Positions 16,449-25,451 of a stretch of 38,348 nt of DNA are shown piece after piece. The notes under the pieces are model-generated. The model saw only the letters and a list, made by a program, of their open reading frames with translations, was not told the DNA's origin and searched no databases. Both the position numbers and the translations under genes were made by a program. The stretch comes from a virus (lineage: Duplodnaviria; Heunggongvirae; Uroviricota; Caudoviricetes). Each line of letters opens with the position of its first letter. The first letter of the stretch is position 1. Where the stretch lies: IMG/VR virus record IMGVR_UViG_2609459797_000003. One strand, given 5' to 3'.

Positions 16449-16742
16449 TTATTGTGAGCAATACACCCGCGCTTCCAGCGGAGTATAAATGCCTAAAGTA
16501 ATAAAACCGAGCAATCCATTTACGAATGTTTGCTGGGTTTCTGTTTTAACCACATTTTCTGCGCCGCCACAAATTTTGGCTGCATCAACAGTTTTCTCCT
16601 GTCCAATTCCCGAAACGAAGAAATGATGGGTGATGGTTTCCTTTGGTGTTACTGCTGTCGGTTTGTTTCCAACAGTAAACGTCTGTTGAGCACATCCTGT
16701 AATAAGCATTGCCAGAGCGGCAGAAAACAACATTTTTTTCAT
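16449..16742 (-). CDS. bor: Bor lipoprotein (serum-resistance protein)
   Basis: From internal Met 'MKKMLFSAALAMLITGCAQQTFTV...' the 97-aa product closely matches lambda Bor; lipobox ITGC. Confidence 0.9.
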   Translation of the reverse strand: MKKMLFSAALAMLITGCAQQTFTVGNKPTAVTPKETITHHFFVSGIGQEKTVDAAKICGGAENVVKTETQQTFVNGLLGFITLGIYTPLEARVYCSQ

Positions 16743-16922
16743 CTTATTATCCTGCATTGTTAAAAACGGCAGAATCCTATGTGACAACAATTAAACGATA
16801 GTTAAATGGATTGATGAAAATTAAAACTATATAGGTGTACGGTCAGACTATTGGAGGTAGTCAGGATTTGAATGTCAGTCTGTTGTCGGCATTCTGGCAA
16901 TGCAATTTGGATAAAGCGGGGA

Positions 16923-17045
16923 TTAAAAAGATAGAGGCGAGCCGGTCAGGTAGAAATGAATCAGGCTCAAAGTGAAGCGGAAAAGGTCTGTGGCACAAGC
17001 TGATGCAGCCATAATTACAGCCTGATGATTTGTGGAATGAAACAT
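16923..17045 (-). CDS. small hydrophobic ORF (40 aa) with consensus Shine-Dalgarno (tentative)
   Basis: Minus-strand 'tAAGGAGGttcaacATG' gives a perfect ribosome-binding site at 6-nt spacing; product MFHSTNHQAVIMAASACATDLFRFTLSLIHFYLTGSPLSF. Below the ORF-track length cutoff. Confidence 0.35.
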   Translation of the reverse strand: MFHSTNHQAVIMAASACATDLFRFTLSLIHFYLTGSPLSF

Positions 17046-17267
17046 GTTGAACCTCCTTAATTGATGTTATTCGAGTGATGAAGGCATTCTGTCCTTCTAT
17101 AGTGTCCAGTAAATCAAACAGGAAACTTGTCCAACGTGTTGGACAAGCCTCTCCATTAGTGAGTTGTATTGATCACAACTCTACAAAGAATTCATTACTG
17201 GGTAGATGAAAATAGTTTCACGATGAATGGAGGAGGCTATGTCGGTGGCTTCTTCATTGGAGTACAT

Positions 17268-17618
17268 ATGCCATCACGAATCCCAAAAGCCTGCCGCGTT
17301 CGCGGTTGCCGCAATACCACTACTGACCCGTCAGGCTATTGTGAAAGCCATAAAAGCGAAGGCTGGAAGCAATACAAGCCAGGACAATCTCGTCATCAGC
17401 GCGGTTATGGTTCGAAGTGGGATGTTATCCGCGTGCGTGTCCTGAAGCGTGACAAAGGCCTGTGTCAGCTATGTCTGCGTGCTGGTGTGGTGCGTGAGGC
17501 GAAAACTGTTGACCACATCATCCCTAAAGCGCATGGCGGCACAGATGCCGACAACAATCTGCAGAGCCTGTGCTGGCCGTGCCATAAGGCGAAGACGGCC
17601 CGTGAACGGCTAAAGTGA
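17268..17618 (+). CDS. HNH endonuclease (terminase-associated)
   Basis: 'CRVRGCRNTT...GYCESH' zinc knuckle and 'VDHIIPKAHGGTDADNNLQSLCWPCHKAKT' HNH motif; directly upstream of terS as in HK97-type cos phages. Confidence 0.8.
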   Translation: MPSRIPKACRVRGCRNTTTDPSGYCESHKSEGWKQYKPGQSRHQRGYGSKWDVIRVRVLKRDKGLCQLCLRAGVVREAKTVDHIIPKAHGGTDADNNLQSLCWPCHKAKTARERLK

Positions 17619-17640
17619 TCATAATTCTCAACTGTCTGAG

Positions 17641-17710
17641 GGGAGGGGCGGGGCAAATCCCTGTGACCTGACGTCTTCCGGACTGCCCGCCCCATCGTTT
17701 TTTTATACCC
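17641..17710 (+). terminator. GC-rich hairpin plus U-tract between HNH and terS
   Basis: 'GGGGCGGG' (17645-17652) pairs with 'CCCGCCCC' (17686-17693) across a ~33-nt loop, followed by 'cgtttttttat'. Confidence 0.4.
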
Positions 17711-17743
17711 GCGAAAAATGAAATTTAACCAGGAGTGCCGCAT

Positions 17744-18238
17744 ATGGCTGGAACGGCGGGGCGTTCCGGGCGTCGCCCCAAGCCAACGGCGCGCAAGGCG
17801 CTGGCCGGAAACCCCGGCAAGCGAGCCCTGAATAAAGATGAACCTGTTTTTACGCCCATCAAAGGTGTTGAGCCACCGGAGTGGTTCGCTGAAGAAGATC
17901 TCCCTCTCGCCACGATCATGTGGCAACTGACAACCAAAGAACTCTGCGGTCAGGGCCTGCTGTGCGTGACTGACCTCGCGGTGCTTGAGCGGTGGTGCGT
18001 GGCCTACGAGTTCTGGCGGCGTGCCGTGAAAAATATTGCCAGACAGGGCAACACCATCACCGGTGCAATGGGTGGCATGGTCAAAAATCCGGAGCTGACC
18101 GCCAAGAAAGAACAGGAGTCCGAGATGAGCAGCACGGGGGCAATGCTCGGACTCGACCCCAGCAGCCGCCAGCGTCTGATTGGCCTGGCGGGGCAGAAGA
18201 AAGCCACTAACCAGTTTCTGAAAATCATCGAATCATGA
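17744..18238 (+). CDS. terminase small subunit (P27 family)
   Basis: '[30 protein letters not shown]' is the P27-family N-terminus; AGGAG Shine-Dalgarno; overlaps terL start. Confidence 0.8.
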   Translation: MAGTAGRSGRRPKPTARKALAGNPGKRALNKDEPVFTPIKGVEPPEWFAEEDLPLATIMWQLTTKELCGQGLLCVTDLAVLERWCVAYEFWRRAVKNIARQGNTITGAMGGMVKNPELTAKKEQESEMSSTGAMLGLDPSSRQRLIGLAGQKKATNQFLKIIES

Positions 18239-19968
18239 GCCGGAAATCTTACCCCAACGTAAATGCTGCCAATCAGTATGCCCGTGATGTCGTGCGCGGA
18301 AAGATTGTGGCCTGCCAGTTTGTGATTCAGGCCTGCCAGCGCCATCTTGATGACCTGATGGCGGAAAAAAGTAAGTCGTTTCGTTACCGCTTCGACAAGG
18401 ACCTGGCTGAACGGGCCGCGAAATTTATTCAGCTGTTGCCACACACCAAGGGGGAGTGGGCATTCAAGAGGATGCCCATCACGCTGGAACCGTGGCAGCT
18501 CTTTGTGATCTGCTGTGCGTTTGGCTGGGTCAATAAAGGCTCCCGGCTGCGCCGCTTCAGGGAGGGGTATACCGAAATCCCCCGTAAGAACGGCAAATCG
18601 GCAATCTCTGCCGGTGTTGCCCTGTATTGTTTTGCCTGTGATAACGAGTTTGGCGCGGAAGTGTATTCCGGTGCCACGACAGAGAAACAGGCGTGGGAAG
18701 TCTTTCGCCCGGCGCGACTGATGTGTAAACGCACACCCATGCTGACGGAAGCGTTCGGGATTGAGGTTAACGCCTCAAACATGAACCGTCCGGAGGATGG
18801 CGCGCGGTTTGAACCGCTGATCGGTAACCCCGGTGATGGTTCATCACCCCACTGTGCCGTGGTGGATGAATATCACGAGCACGCCACCGATGCGCTTTAT
18901 ACCACGATGCTTACCGGGATGGGCGCGCGACGTCAGCCACTGATGTGGGCCATCACCACCGCCGGGTACAACATTGAGGGGCCGTGCTACGACAAGCGGC
19001 GGGAAGTTATCGAGATGCTCAACGGTTCGGTACCCAACGATGAACTGTTCGGGATCATCTATACCGTTGACGAAGGCGATGACTGGACCGACCCGCAGGT
19101 GCTGGAAAAAGCTAACCCGAATATTGGCGTGTCGGTTTATCGCGAATTTTTGTTAAGTCAGCAGCAGCGTGCGAAAAATAACGCCCGTCTGGCAAACGTC
19201 TTTAAAACAAAACACCTCAATATCTGGGTGTCGGCGCGTTCGGCGTATTTCAACCTGGTGAGCTGGCAGAGCTGCGAGGATAAATCACTGACCCTTGAAC
19301 AGTTCGAGGGGCAACCGTGCATTCTGGCCTTTGACCTGGCGCGTAAGCTGGATATGAACAGCATGGCGCGACTTTATACCCGCGAGATTGACGGTAAAAC
19401 GCATTACTACAGTGTGGCTCCGCGCTTCTGGGTACCGTATGACACGGTGTACAGCGTCGAGAAAAATGAAGATCGCCGGACAGCCGAACGCTTTCAGAAA
19501 TGGGTGGAAATGGGCGTTCTGACCGTTACCGATGGTGCGGAGGTGGATTATCGCTACATCCTCGAGGAGGCCAAAGCGGCGAACAAAATCAGCCCGGTCA
19601 GTGAGTCACCCATCGACCCCTTCGGGGCGACCGGGTTGTCACATGACCTTGCTGATGAAGACCTGAATCCCGTCACTATCATTCAGAACTACACCAACAT
19701 GTCCGACCCGATGAAAGAGCTGGAAGCGGCAATTGAATCGGGGCGCTTTCATCATGATGGCAATCCCATCATGACCTGGTGTATCGGCAATGTGGTCGGC
19801 AAAACCATTCCGGGTAACGATGATGTGGTGAAACCCGTCAAAGAGCAGGCGGAAAACAAAATTGACGGTGCAGTTGCGCTGATTATGGCGGTTGGCAGAG
19901 CCATGCTGTACGAGAAAGAAGACACGCTGTCTGACCACATTGAGTCCTATGGGATCCGCTCGCTTTAA
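18235..19968 (+). CDS. terminase large subunit (HK97-type)
   Basis: 577 aa; size and position between terS and portal; ATPase and nuclease regions typical of this family. Confidence 0.9.
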
Positions 19969-19979
19969 CTGAGGTAATT

Positions 19980-20162
19980 ATGATCATGCTGATTCTCGCG
20001 CCTCTGGTGGGCGTGCTGGGGGCGCTTTTGCTGGCGTATGGTGCCTGGCTGATTTATCCCCCGGCGGGGTTTGTTGTTGCCGGGGCGTTGTGCCTGTTCT
20101 GGTCGTGGCTGGTGGCGCGATATCTCGACCGTACACAGTCGTCTGTCGGCGGAGGTAAATAG
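19980..20162 (+). CDS. small two-helix membrane protein between terL and portal
   Basis: 60 aa; GAGGT Shine-Dalgarno 4 nt upstream; hydrophobic '[24 protein letters not shown]' and '[17 protein letters not shown]'; host-like GC content. Confidence 0.4.
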
Positions 20163-21403
20163 TGTTCTTTTCGGGATTATTTCAACGAAAAAGTGACGCA
20201 CCGGTGACCACGCCAGCAGAGCTGGCGGATGCTATCGGGTTGTCCTACGACACCTATACCGGAAAGCAGATCAGCAGCCAGCGGGCCATGCGACTGACGG
20301 CGGTTTTTTCCTGCGTCAGGGTGCTGGCAGAGTCGGTCGGGATGTTGCCCTGCAATCTGTATCACCTGAACGGCAGCCTGAAACAGAGAGCCACCGGCGA
20401 GCGTCTGCATAAGCTGATCTCCACGCATCCCAATGGCTATATGACGCCGCAGGAGTTCTGGGAGCTGGTGGTCACCTGTCTGTGCCTGCGGGGAAACTTT
20501 TACGCCTACAAAGTGAAAGCATTTGGCGAAGTGGCTGAACTGCTGCCCGTCGATCCCGGCTGTGTGGTACCGAAGCTTAACAGTAGCTGGGAGCCGGTCT
20601 ATCAGGTCACATTCCCGGACGGCTCTACGGATGTACTGAGCCAGGAAGATATCTGGCATGTGCGCACGCTGACGCTGGACGGTCTGGTGGGGCTGAATCC
20701 CATCGCCTATGCCCGCGAGGCAATATCGCTGGCAGCTGCGACCGAAGAGCACGGGGCCAGACTGTTCAGCAATGGCGCGGTGACGTCGGGTGTGTTGCGT
20801 ACAGAGCAGACGCTGTCAGATCAGGCTTATGAGCGCCTGAAGAAAGATTTTGAGGAGCGTCACACCGGGCTTGGCAATGCTCACCGCCCGATGATCCTTG
20901 AGATGGGGCTGGACTGGAAGTCGATGGCGCTGAACGCCGAGGACAGCCAGTTCCTGGAAACCCGCAAGTTTCAGCTTGAAGAAATCTGTCGTCTGTTCCG
21001 GGTGCCGTTGCACATGGTGCAGAACACCGATCGCGCCACCTTCAACAATATCGAAGAGCTGGGGCTGGGATTTATCAACTATTCACTGGTGCCGTATCTG
21101 ACCCGCATTGAGCAGCGGATCAACACCGGACTGGTACGAAAAAGTAAGCAGGGCGTTTATTACGCCAAATTTAACGCCGGGGCCTTACTGCGCGGGGATA
21201 TGAAGTCCCGTTTTGAAGCCTACGCTACCGGGATCAATTGGGGAATTTACTCTCCCAATGACTGCCGCGACCTGGAAGATATGAATCCGCGTCCCGGTGG
21301 TGATGTCTATCTCACACCGATGAACATGACCACGAAACCCTCCGATGGCAGTAAAGCCGGTAAGCAGAAGGATAACGCCAATGCAGACGAAACAACGTCT
21401 TGA
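20162..21403 (+). CDS. portal protein (HK97 family)
   Basis: 413 aa following terminase; GTG start with GGAGG Shine-Dalgarno; portal-family central region. Confidence 0.85.
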   Translation: MFFSGLFQRKSDAPVTTPAELADAIGLSYDTYTGKQISSQRAMRLTAVFSCVRVLAESVGMLPCNLYHLNGSLKQRATGERLHKLISTHPNGYMTPQEFWELVVTCLCLRGNFYAYKVKAFGEVAELLPVDPGCVVPKLNSSWEPVYQVTFPDGSTDVLSQEDIWHVRTLTLDGLVGLNPIAYAREAISLAAATEEHGARLFSNGAVTSGVLRTEQTLSDQAYERLKKDFEERHTGLGNAHRPMILEMGLDWKSMALNAEDSQFLETRKFQLEEICRLFRVPLHMVQNTDRATFNNIEELGLGFINYSLVPYLTRIEQRINTGLVRKSKQGVYYAKFNAGALLRGDMKSRFEAYATGINWGIYSPNDCRDLEDMNPRPGGDVYLTPMNMTTKPSDGSKAGKQKDNANADETTS

Positions 21404-22031
21404 TGTACCGCTGAGTCTGAAATCTGTCAGTGACTCCGGTGAGTTTGAAGGGTATGGCTCCGTCTTTGGTGTAAAGGACAGCCACGATGATGTGGTGATG
21501 TCAGGGGCATTTGCCGCTTCCCTGCGGGCGTGGAGTGACAGAAAAGCGTTACCTGCGCTGCTCTGGCAGCACCGCATGGATGAACCCATCGGTGTTTACA
21601 CCGAAATGAAGGAAGACAATGTCGGGCTTTACGTCAGGGGACGGTTGCTTATTGATGATGATCCCCTCGCAAAACGCGCACATGCACACATGAAGGCCGG
21701 TTCGTTAACCGGCCTTTCTATTGGGTACGTCCTGAAAGACTGGGAATACGACCGGAGCAAAGAAGCCTTTCTGCTGAAAGAAATCGACCTCTGGGAAGTC
21801 AGCCTGGTGACGTTCCCGTCTAACGACGAGGCGCGGATCAGCGACGTCAAGAACGCACTGGCCCGCGGGGAAATCCCCGAACAGAAAAAAATCGAAAGAG
21901 TCCTGCGTGATGTCGGACTCTCCCGTACCCAGGCCAAAGCATTCATGGCCGGGGGCTATGGCGCACTGTCCCTGCGCGACGCTGAGGATGTGGGCTCTGC
22001 ACTGAATGCACTGAAAAATCTGAACTTCTAA
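21381..22031 (+). CDS. prohead protease (HK97 family, S78)
   Basis: Start chosen at 'MQTKQRL' (track start 21345 lies inside the portal gene); 'EGYGSVFGVKDSHDDVVMSGAF' protease-family region. Confidence 0.8.
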   Translation: MQTKQRLDVPLSLKSVSDSGEFEGYGSVFGVKDSHDDVVMSGAFAASLRAWSDRKALPALLWQHRMDEPIGVYTEMKEDNVGLYVRGRLLIDDDPLAKRAHAHMKAGSLTGLSIGYVLKDWEYDRSKEAFLLKEIDLWEVSLVTFPSNDEARISDVKNALARGEIPEQKKIERVLRDVGLSRTQAKAFMAGGYGALSLRDAEDVGSALNALKNLNF

Positions 22032-22045
22032 TCAGGAGAAATACG

Positions 22046-23251
22046 ATGGCGGTTGATATTAAAGATGTCGAACAGGTCGCGCAGGAGCTGCAGCAGAAGT
22101 TTGACGACTTCAAAGCAAAGAACGACAAGCGCGTTGAGGCGATTGAGCAGGAAAAAGGCAAACTTGCCGGGCAGGTGGAAACCCTGAACGGAAAACTCAG
22201 CGAGCTGGAAAATCTCAAAAGCGACCTTGAAAAAGAGCTGCTTGAGCTGAAACGTCCGGCAGGTGGAGCGCAAAATAAACTGGCCACCGAGCATAAAGAG
22301 GCGTTTGTGGGCTTCCTGCGTAAAGGCCGTGAAGACGGTCTGCGCGATCTGGAGCGTAAGGCATTGCAGGTGGGCACCGATGAAGACGGTGGCTACGCCG
22401 TGCCGGAAGAACTGGATCGCAACATTCTTAACCTGCTGAAAGATGAAGTGGTGATGCGTCAGGAAGCCACGGTGATCACCGTTGGCGGTTCCGACTACAA
22501 AAAACTGGTGAATCTGGGCGGTACGGCTTCCGGATGGGTGGGGGAAACGGATACGCGATCCCAGACTGCCACCTCCAGACTGGAGCTGATTGAACCTCTC
22601 ATGGGGGAAATCTACGGCAACCCGCAGGCTACCCAGAAAATGCTGGACGATGCCTTCTTCAACGTGGAGGCCTGGATCAACAGCGAGCTGGCAACCGAAT
22701 TTGCCGAACAGGAAGAAATTGCCTTTACCTCCGGCGATGGCACCAAGAAGCCGAAAGGGTTCCTGGCGTATGAGTCCACTGATGAAACCGATAAGGTCCG
22801 GGCGTTCGGCAAACTTCAGCATATTGTATCCGGCGACGCGACTGCGGTGACCGCAGACGCCATTATCAAACTGATTTACACGCTGCGAAAGGCACACCGC
22901 ACTGGCGCGAAGTTCATGATGAACAACAACAGCCTGTTTGCCATCCGTCTGCTGAAAGACACCGAGGGTAACTATCTGTGGCGTCCTGGGCTGGAACTGG
23001 GGCAGCCGTCCTCTCTGGCGGGTTACGGTATCGCTGAAAACGAACAGATGCCGGATATCGCCGCTGATGCGAAAGCCATTGCATTTGGTAACTTCAAACG
23101 GGGTTACACCATCGTTGACCGTATCGGCACCCGCATTCTGCGTGACCCGTACACCAATAAACCGTTTGTCGGTTTTTATACCACCAAGCGCACCGGCGGG
23201 ATGCTGGTCGATTCGCAGGCCATCAAACTGCTGAAGATTGCAGCGGCGTAA
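22046..23251 (+). CDS. major capsid protein (HK97 fold, with N-terminal delta/scaffold domain)
   Basis: 401 aa; coiled-coil N-terminal ~100 aa then capsid domain; AGGAG Shine-Dalgarno; follows the protease. Confidence 0.85.
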   Translation: MAVDIKDVEQVAQELQQKFDDFKAKNDKRVEAIEQEKGKLAGQVETLNGKLSELENLKSDLEKELLELKRPAGGAQNKLATEHKEAFVGFLRKGREDGLRDLERKALQVGTDEDGGYAVPEELDRNILNLLKDEVVMRQEATVITVGGSDYKKLVNLGGTASGWVGETDTRSQTATSRLELIEPLMGEIYGNPQATQKMLDDAFFNVEAWINSELATEFAEQEEIAFTSGDGTKKPKGFLAYESTDETDKVRAFGKLQHIVSGDATAVTADAIIKLIYTLRKAHRTGAKFMMNNNSLFAIRLLKDTEGNYLWRPGLELGQPSSLAGYGIAENEQMPDIAADAKAIAFGNFKRGYTIVDRIGTRILRDPYTNKPFVGFYTTKRTGGMLVDSQAIKLLKIAAA

Positions 23252-23258
23252 TCACTCA

Positions 23259-23286
23259 GGGGCGCGGAACCGCGCCCCCTGTTCTG
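23259..23286 (+). terminator. GC hairpin after capsid gene (weak U-tract)
   Basis: 'GGGGCGCggaaccGCGCCCC' followed by 'ctgttctg'. Confidence 0.4.
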
Positions 23287-23300
23287 ACGGGGGAAGAATC

Positions 23301-23501
23301 ATGATCCTGAAACAAGATCTGAAATGGTCACCGGACGGTATGCGTGTTGAGGTCATTCGGGCCGGTGAGTATGACGACGGGGCGCTTCCTGCCCGGGTGC
23401 AGGAGATTGCACTTCAGGCCGGGTTAGCAGAGCGCGGAACCAGTGCAAAAAGCAGTAAAGCGACAAAAGAGAAAAAAGCCACGACCAGTAAAGAGGGCTG
23501 A
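23301..23501 (+). CDS. small hypothetical head-module protein
   Basis: 66 aa from 'MILKQDLKWSPDG'; Lys-rich C-terminus; between capsid and connector. Confidence 0.4.
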   Translation: MILKQDLKWSPDGMRVEVIRAGEYDDGALPARVQEIALQAGLAERGTSAKSSKATKEKKATTSKEG

Positions 23502-23503
23502 GT

Positions 23504-23827
23504 ATGCTTCTGACAATGGAAGAGATTAAAGCCCAACTCCGGCTGGATGAGGATTTCGATGCTGATGACCGCCATCTGCAACTGCTGGCCTGTGCGGCAC
23601 AAAAGCGGACGGAAACGTATCTGAACCGGAAGCTCTATGCACCGGATGAAACCATTCCGGACAGCGATCCGGACGGGCTGCACCTGCCGGATGATATTCG
23701 TCTGGGGATGCTGATGCTTATCAGCCATTTTTACGAAAACCGCTCGTCGGTTACGGAAGTGGAGAAACTCGACATGCCGCAGAGTTTTGGCTGGCTTGTC
23801 GGCCCGTACAGGTACTTTCCGCAATGA
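23504..23827 (+). CDS. head-tail connector/adaptor (HK97 gp6-like)
   Basis: 107 aa immediately after the capsid module; 'EEIKAQLRLDEDFDADDRHLQLL' N-terminus typical of gp6-type adaptors. Confidence 0.7.
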   Translation: MLLTMEEIKAQLRLDEDFDADDRHLQLLACAAQKRTETYLNRKLYAPDETIPDSDPDGLHLPDDIRLGMLMLISHFYENRSSVTEVEKLDMPQSFGWLVGPYRYFPQ

Positions 23828-24234
23828 AAATTCGTCAGGCGCAGACCAGCGCAACCTACATTCTGCCGGACCCCGGTGAACTGAATAAACGCGTCCTGAT
23901 CCGCCAGCGGGTGGATATGCCCGCGGATAACTTTGGCGTGGAGTCTCAATACCCGGTTACGTTCCGGACATGGGCGAAGGTTATCCAGACCAGTGCCACC
24001 ACCTGGCAGGAAACCGCGCAGACCGGGGACGCCATCACCCATTACATCACCATTCGTTACCGCCGGGGGATCACTGCTGATTATGAGGTGGTCTGTGATG
24101 ACAGTGTGTACCGGGTGAAACGTCAGCGTGATCTGAACGGGGCGCGGCGCTTTCTGCTGCTGGAGTGTACGGAGCTGGGCGAATGTAGGCAGAGTCACGG
24201 AGGCAGCAATGGCGACTCCCTTTTTTCACGTTGA
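23824..24234 (+). CDS. head closure / head-tail joining protein
   Basis: 136 aa, ATGA-coupled to the connector; size and order consistent with HK97 gp7/gp9-type proteins. Confidence 0.55.
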   Translation: MKIRQAQTSATYILPDPGELNKRVLIRQRVDMPADNFGVESQYPVTFRTWAKVIQTSATTWQETAQTGDAITHYITIRYRRGITADYEVVCDDSVYRVKRQRDLNGARRFLLLECTELGECRQSHGGSNGDSLFSR

Positions 24235-24715
24235 TGTTCAGCAGCCCGCCGAGATGCGCTTTAACCGCGCCCGTGTCCGGCGGGCGTTTGTCACGATTGG
24301 GCAGCGTCATATGCGTGATGCCCGTCGGCTGGTGATGCGCCGTGCGCGGTCGGCACCGGGTGAAAACCCCGGTTATCAGACCGGACGCCTGGCTCGTTCG
24401 ATTGGTTATATGGTGCCGAGAGCCAGTAAAAAGCGAGCCGGTTTTATGACACGCATTGCCCCTAACCAGCGCAACGGGAAGGGGAACCGGATGATCTCTG
24501 GTGACTTCTATCCGGCGTTTCTGTTTTTTGGTGTCCGGGGAGGAGCAAAACGTCGTCGTAGTCATCATCGTGGTGCATCCGGTGGCAGCGGCTGGCGACT
24601 GGCTCCACGTAATAACTTCATGGTGGAAACGCTTGAAAAGAACCGCAGCTGGACACGCTATTTTCTGGCGCGGGAATTGCGTAAATCACTGAAGCCGGAG
24701 CGACGACACAGATGA
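24209..24715 (+). CDS. HK97 gp10-like neck protein
   Basis: 168 aa basic protein with 'GRLARSIGY' motif recalled from gp10-family proteins. Confidence 0.55.
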   Translation: MATPFFHVDVQQPAEMRFNRARVRRAFVTIGQRHMRDARRLVMRRARSAPGENPGYQTGRLARSIGYMVPRASKKRAGFMTRIAPNQRNGKGNRMISGDFYPAFLFFGVRGGAKRRRSHHRGASGGSGWRLAPRNNFMVETLEKNRSWTRYFLARELRKSLKPERRHR

Positions 24716-25272
24716 AACTGACGCCTGTTATTGCTGCGCTGCGTGCCCGCTGCCCGTATTTTGAAAACCGGGTGGCAGGCGCGGCACAGTTCAAAAATCT
24801 GCCGGAGGTCGGAAAGCTGAGACTCCCGGCGGCGTATGTGGTACCGGGTGATGACTCTCCGGGAGAAAACAAAAGCCAGACCGACTACTGGCAGGAGCTG
24901 AAAGAGGGCTTCTCCGTGGTTGTCATACTGAGTAACGGGCGTGATGAGCGCGGTCAGTTTTCCTCGTATGATGTGGTGGACGATGTCCGGCAAATGCTCT
25001 TTAAGGCCCTGCTGGGCTGGAACCCGGAAGCGTGCGGTAACCCGATTACCTATGACGGCGGCACGCTGCTGGATCTGAATCGTCATGAGCTGATTTATCA
25101 GTTCGATTTTTCGGTCATCAGCGAGCTGACTGAAGACGATACCCGCCAGCAGGATGATCTGAACAGTCTGGGTGAACTGCAAACGCTGGCGATTGATGTT
25201 GATTATCTCGAGCCCGGTAACGGGCCTGACGGCGATATCGAACATCACACCGAAATAACCCTTCCTTCCTGA
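24712..25272 (+). CDS. Mu-like tail-neck protein (tail terminator/sheath stabiliser candidate)
   Basis: 186 aa, ATGA-coupled, immediately upstream of the sheath gene; no specific motif recognised. Confidence 0.45.
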   Translation: MKLTPVIAALRARCPYFENRVAGAAQFKNLPEVGKLRLPAAYVVPGDDSPGENKSQTDYWQELKEGFSVVVILSNGRDERGQFSSYDVVDDVRQMLFKALLGWNPEACGNPITYDGGTLLDLNRHELIYQFDFSVISELTEDDTRQQDDLNSLGELQTLAIDVDYLEPGNGPDGDIEHHTEITLPS

Positions 25273-25280
25273 GGATCCTC

Positions 25281-25451
25281 ATGTTTGTCAAACCTGTTAA
25301 AGGGCGGTCAGTGCCTGACCCTGCCCGCGGCGACCTTTTGCCCGCCGAAGGGCGAAATGTTGACGAGAACAACTACTGGCTGCGCCGTGAAGCAGCGGGT
25401 GATATCCGGCGCGTGAATAAAAAGGTGAACACCGATGACGATAAGCTTTAA
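25281..25451 (+). CDS. small protein preceding tail sheath (56 aa)
   Basis: 'MFVKPVKGRSVPDPARGDLLPAEGRNVDENNYWLRREAAGDIRRVNKKVNTDDDKL'; overlaps the sheath start; below the ORF-track cutoff. Confidence 0.4.
   Translation: MFVKPVKGRSVPDPARGDLLPAEGRNVDENNYWLRREAAGDIRRVNKKVNTDDDKL

Noticed and set aside
17227-17445. ORF 17227..17445 preceded by AGGAGG, as an alternative to the HNH gene
   Set aside because: Its translation is Ala/Ser-rich and frame-shifted relative to the clearly recognisable HNH endonuclease (17268..17618); most likely a chance frame, although the strong Shine-Dalgarno is noted.
21943-24568. Long minus-strand ORFs across the head genes (22028..22897, 21943..22377, 23414..23854, 23731..24198, 24071..24568)
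   Set aside because: Antisense to confidently identified HK97-type head genes; Arg/Ser/Pro-rich translations typical of reverse frames in GC-rich coding DNA.
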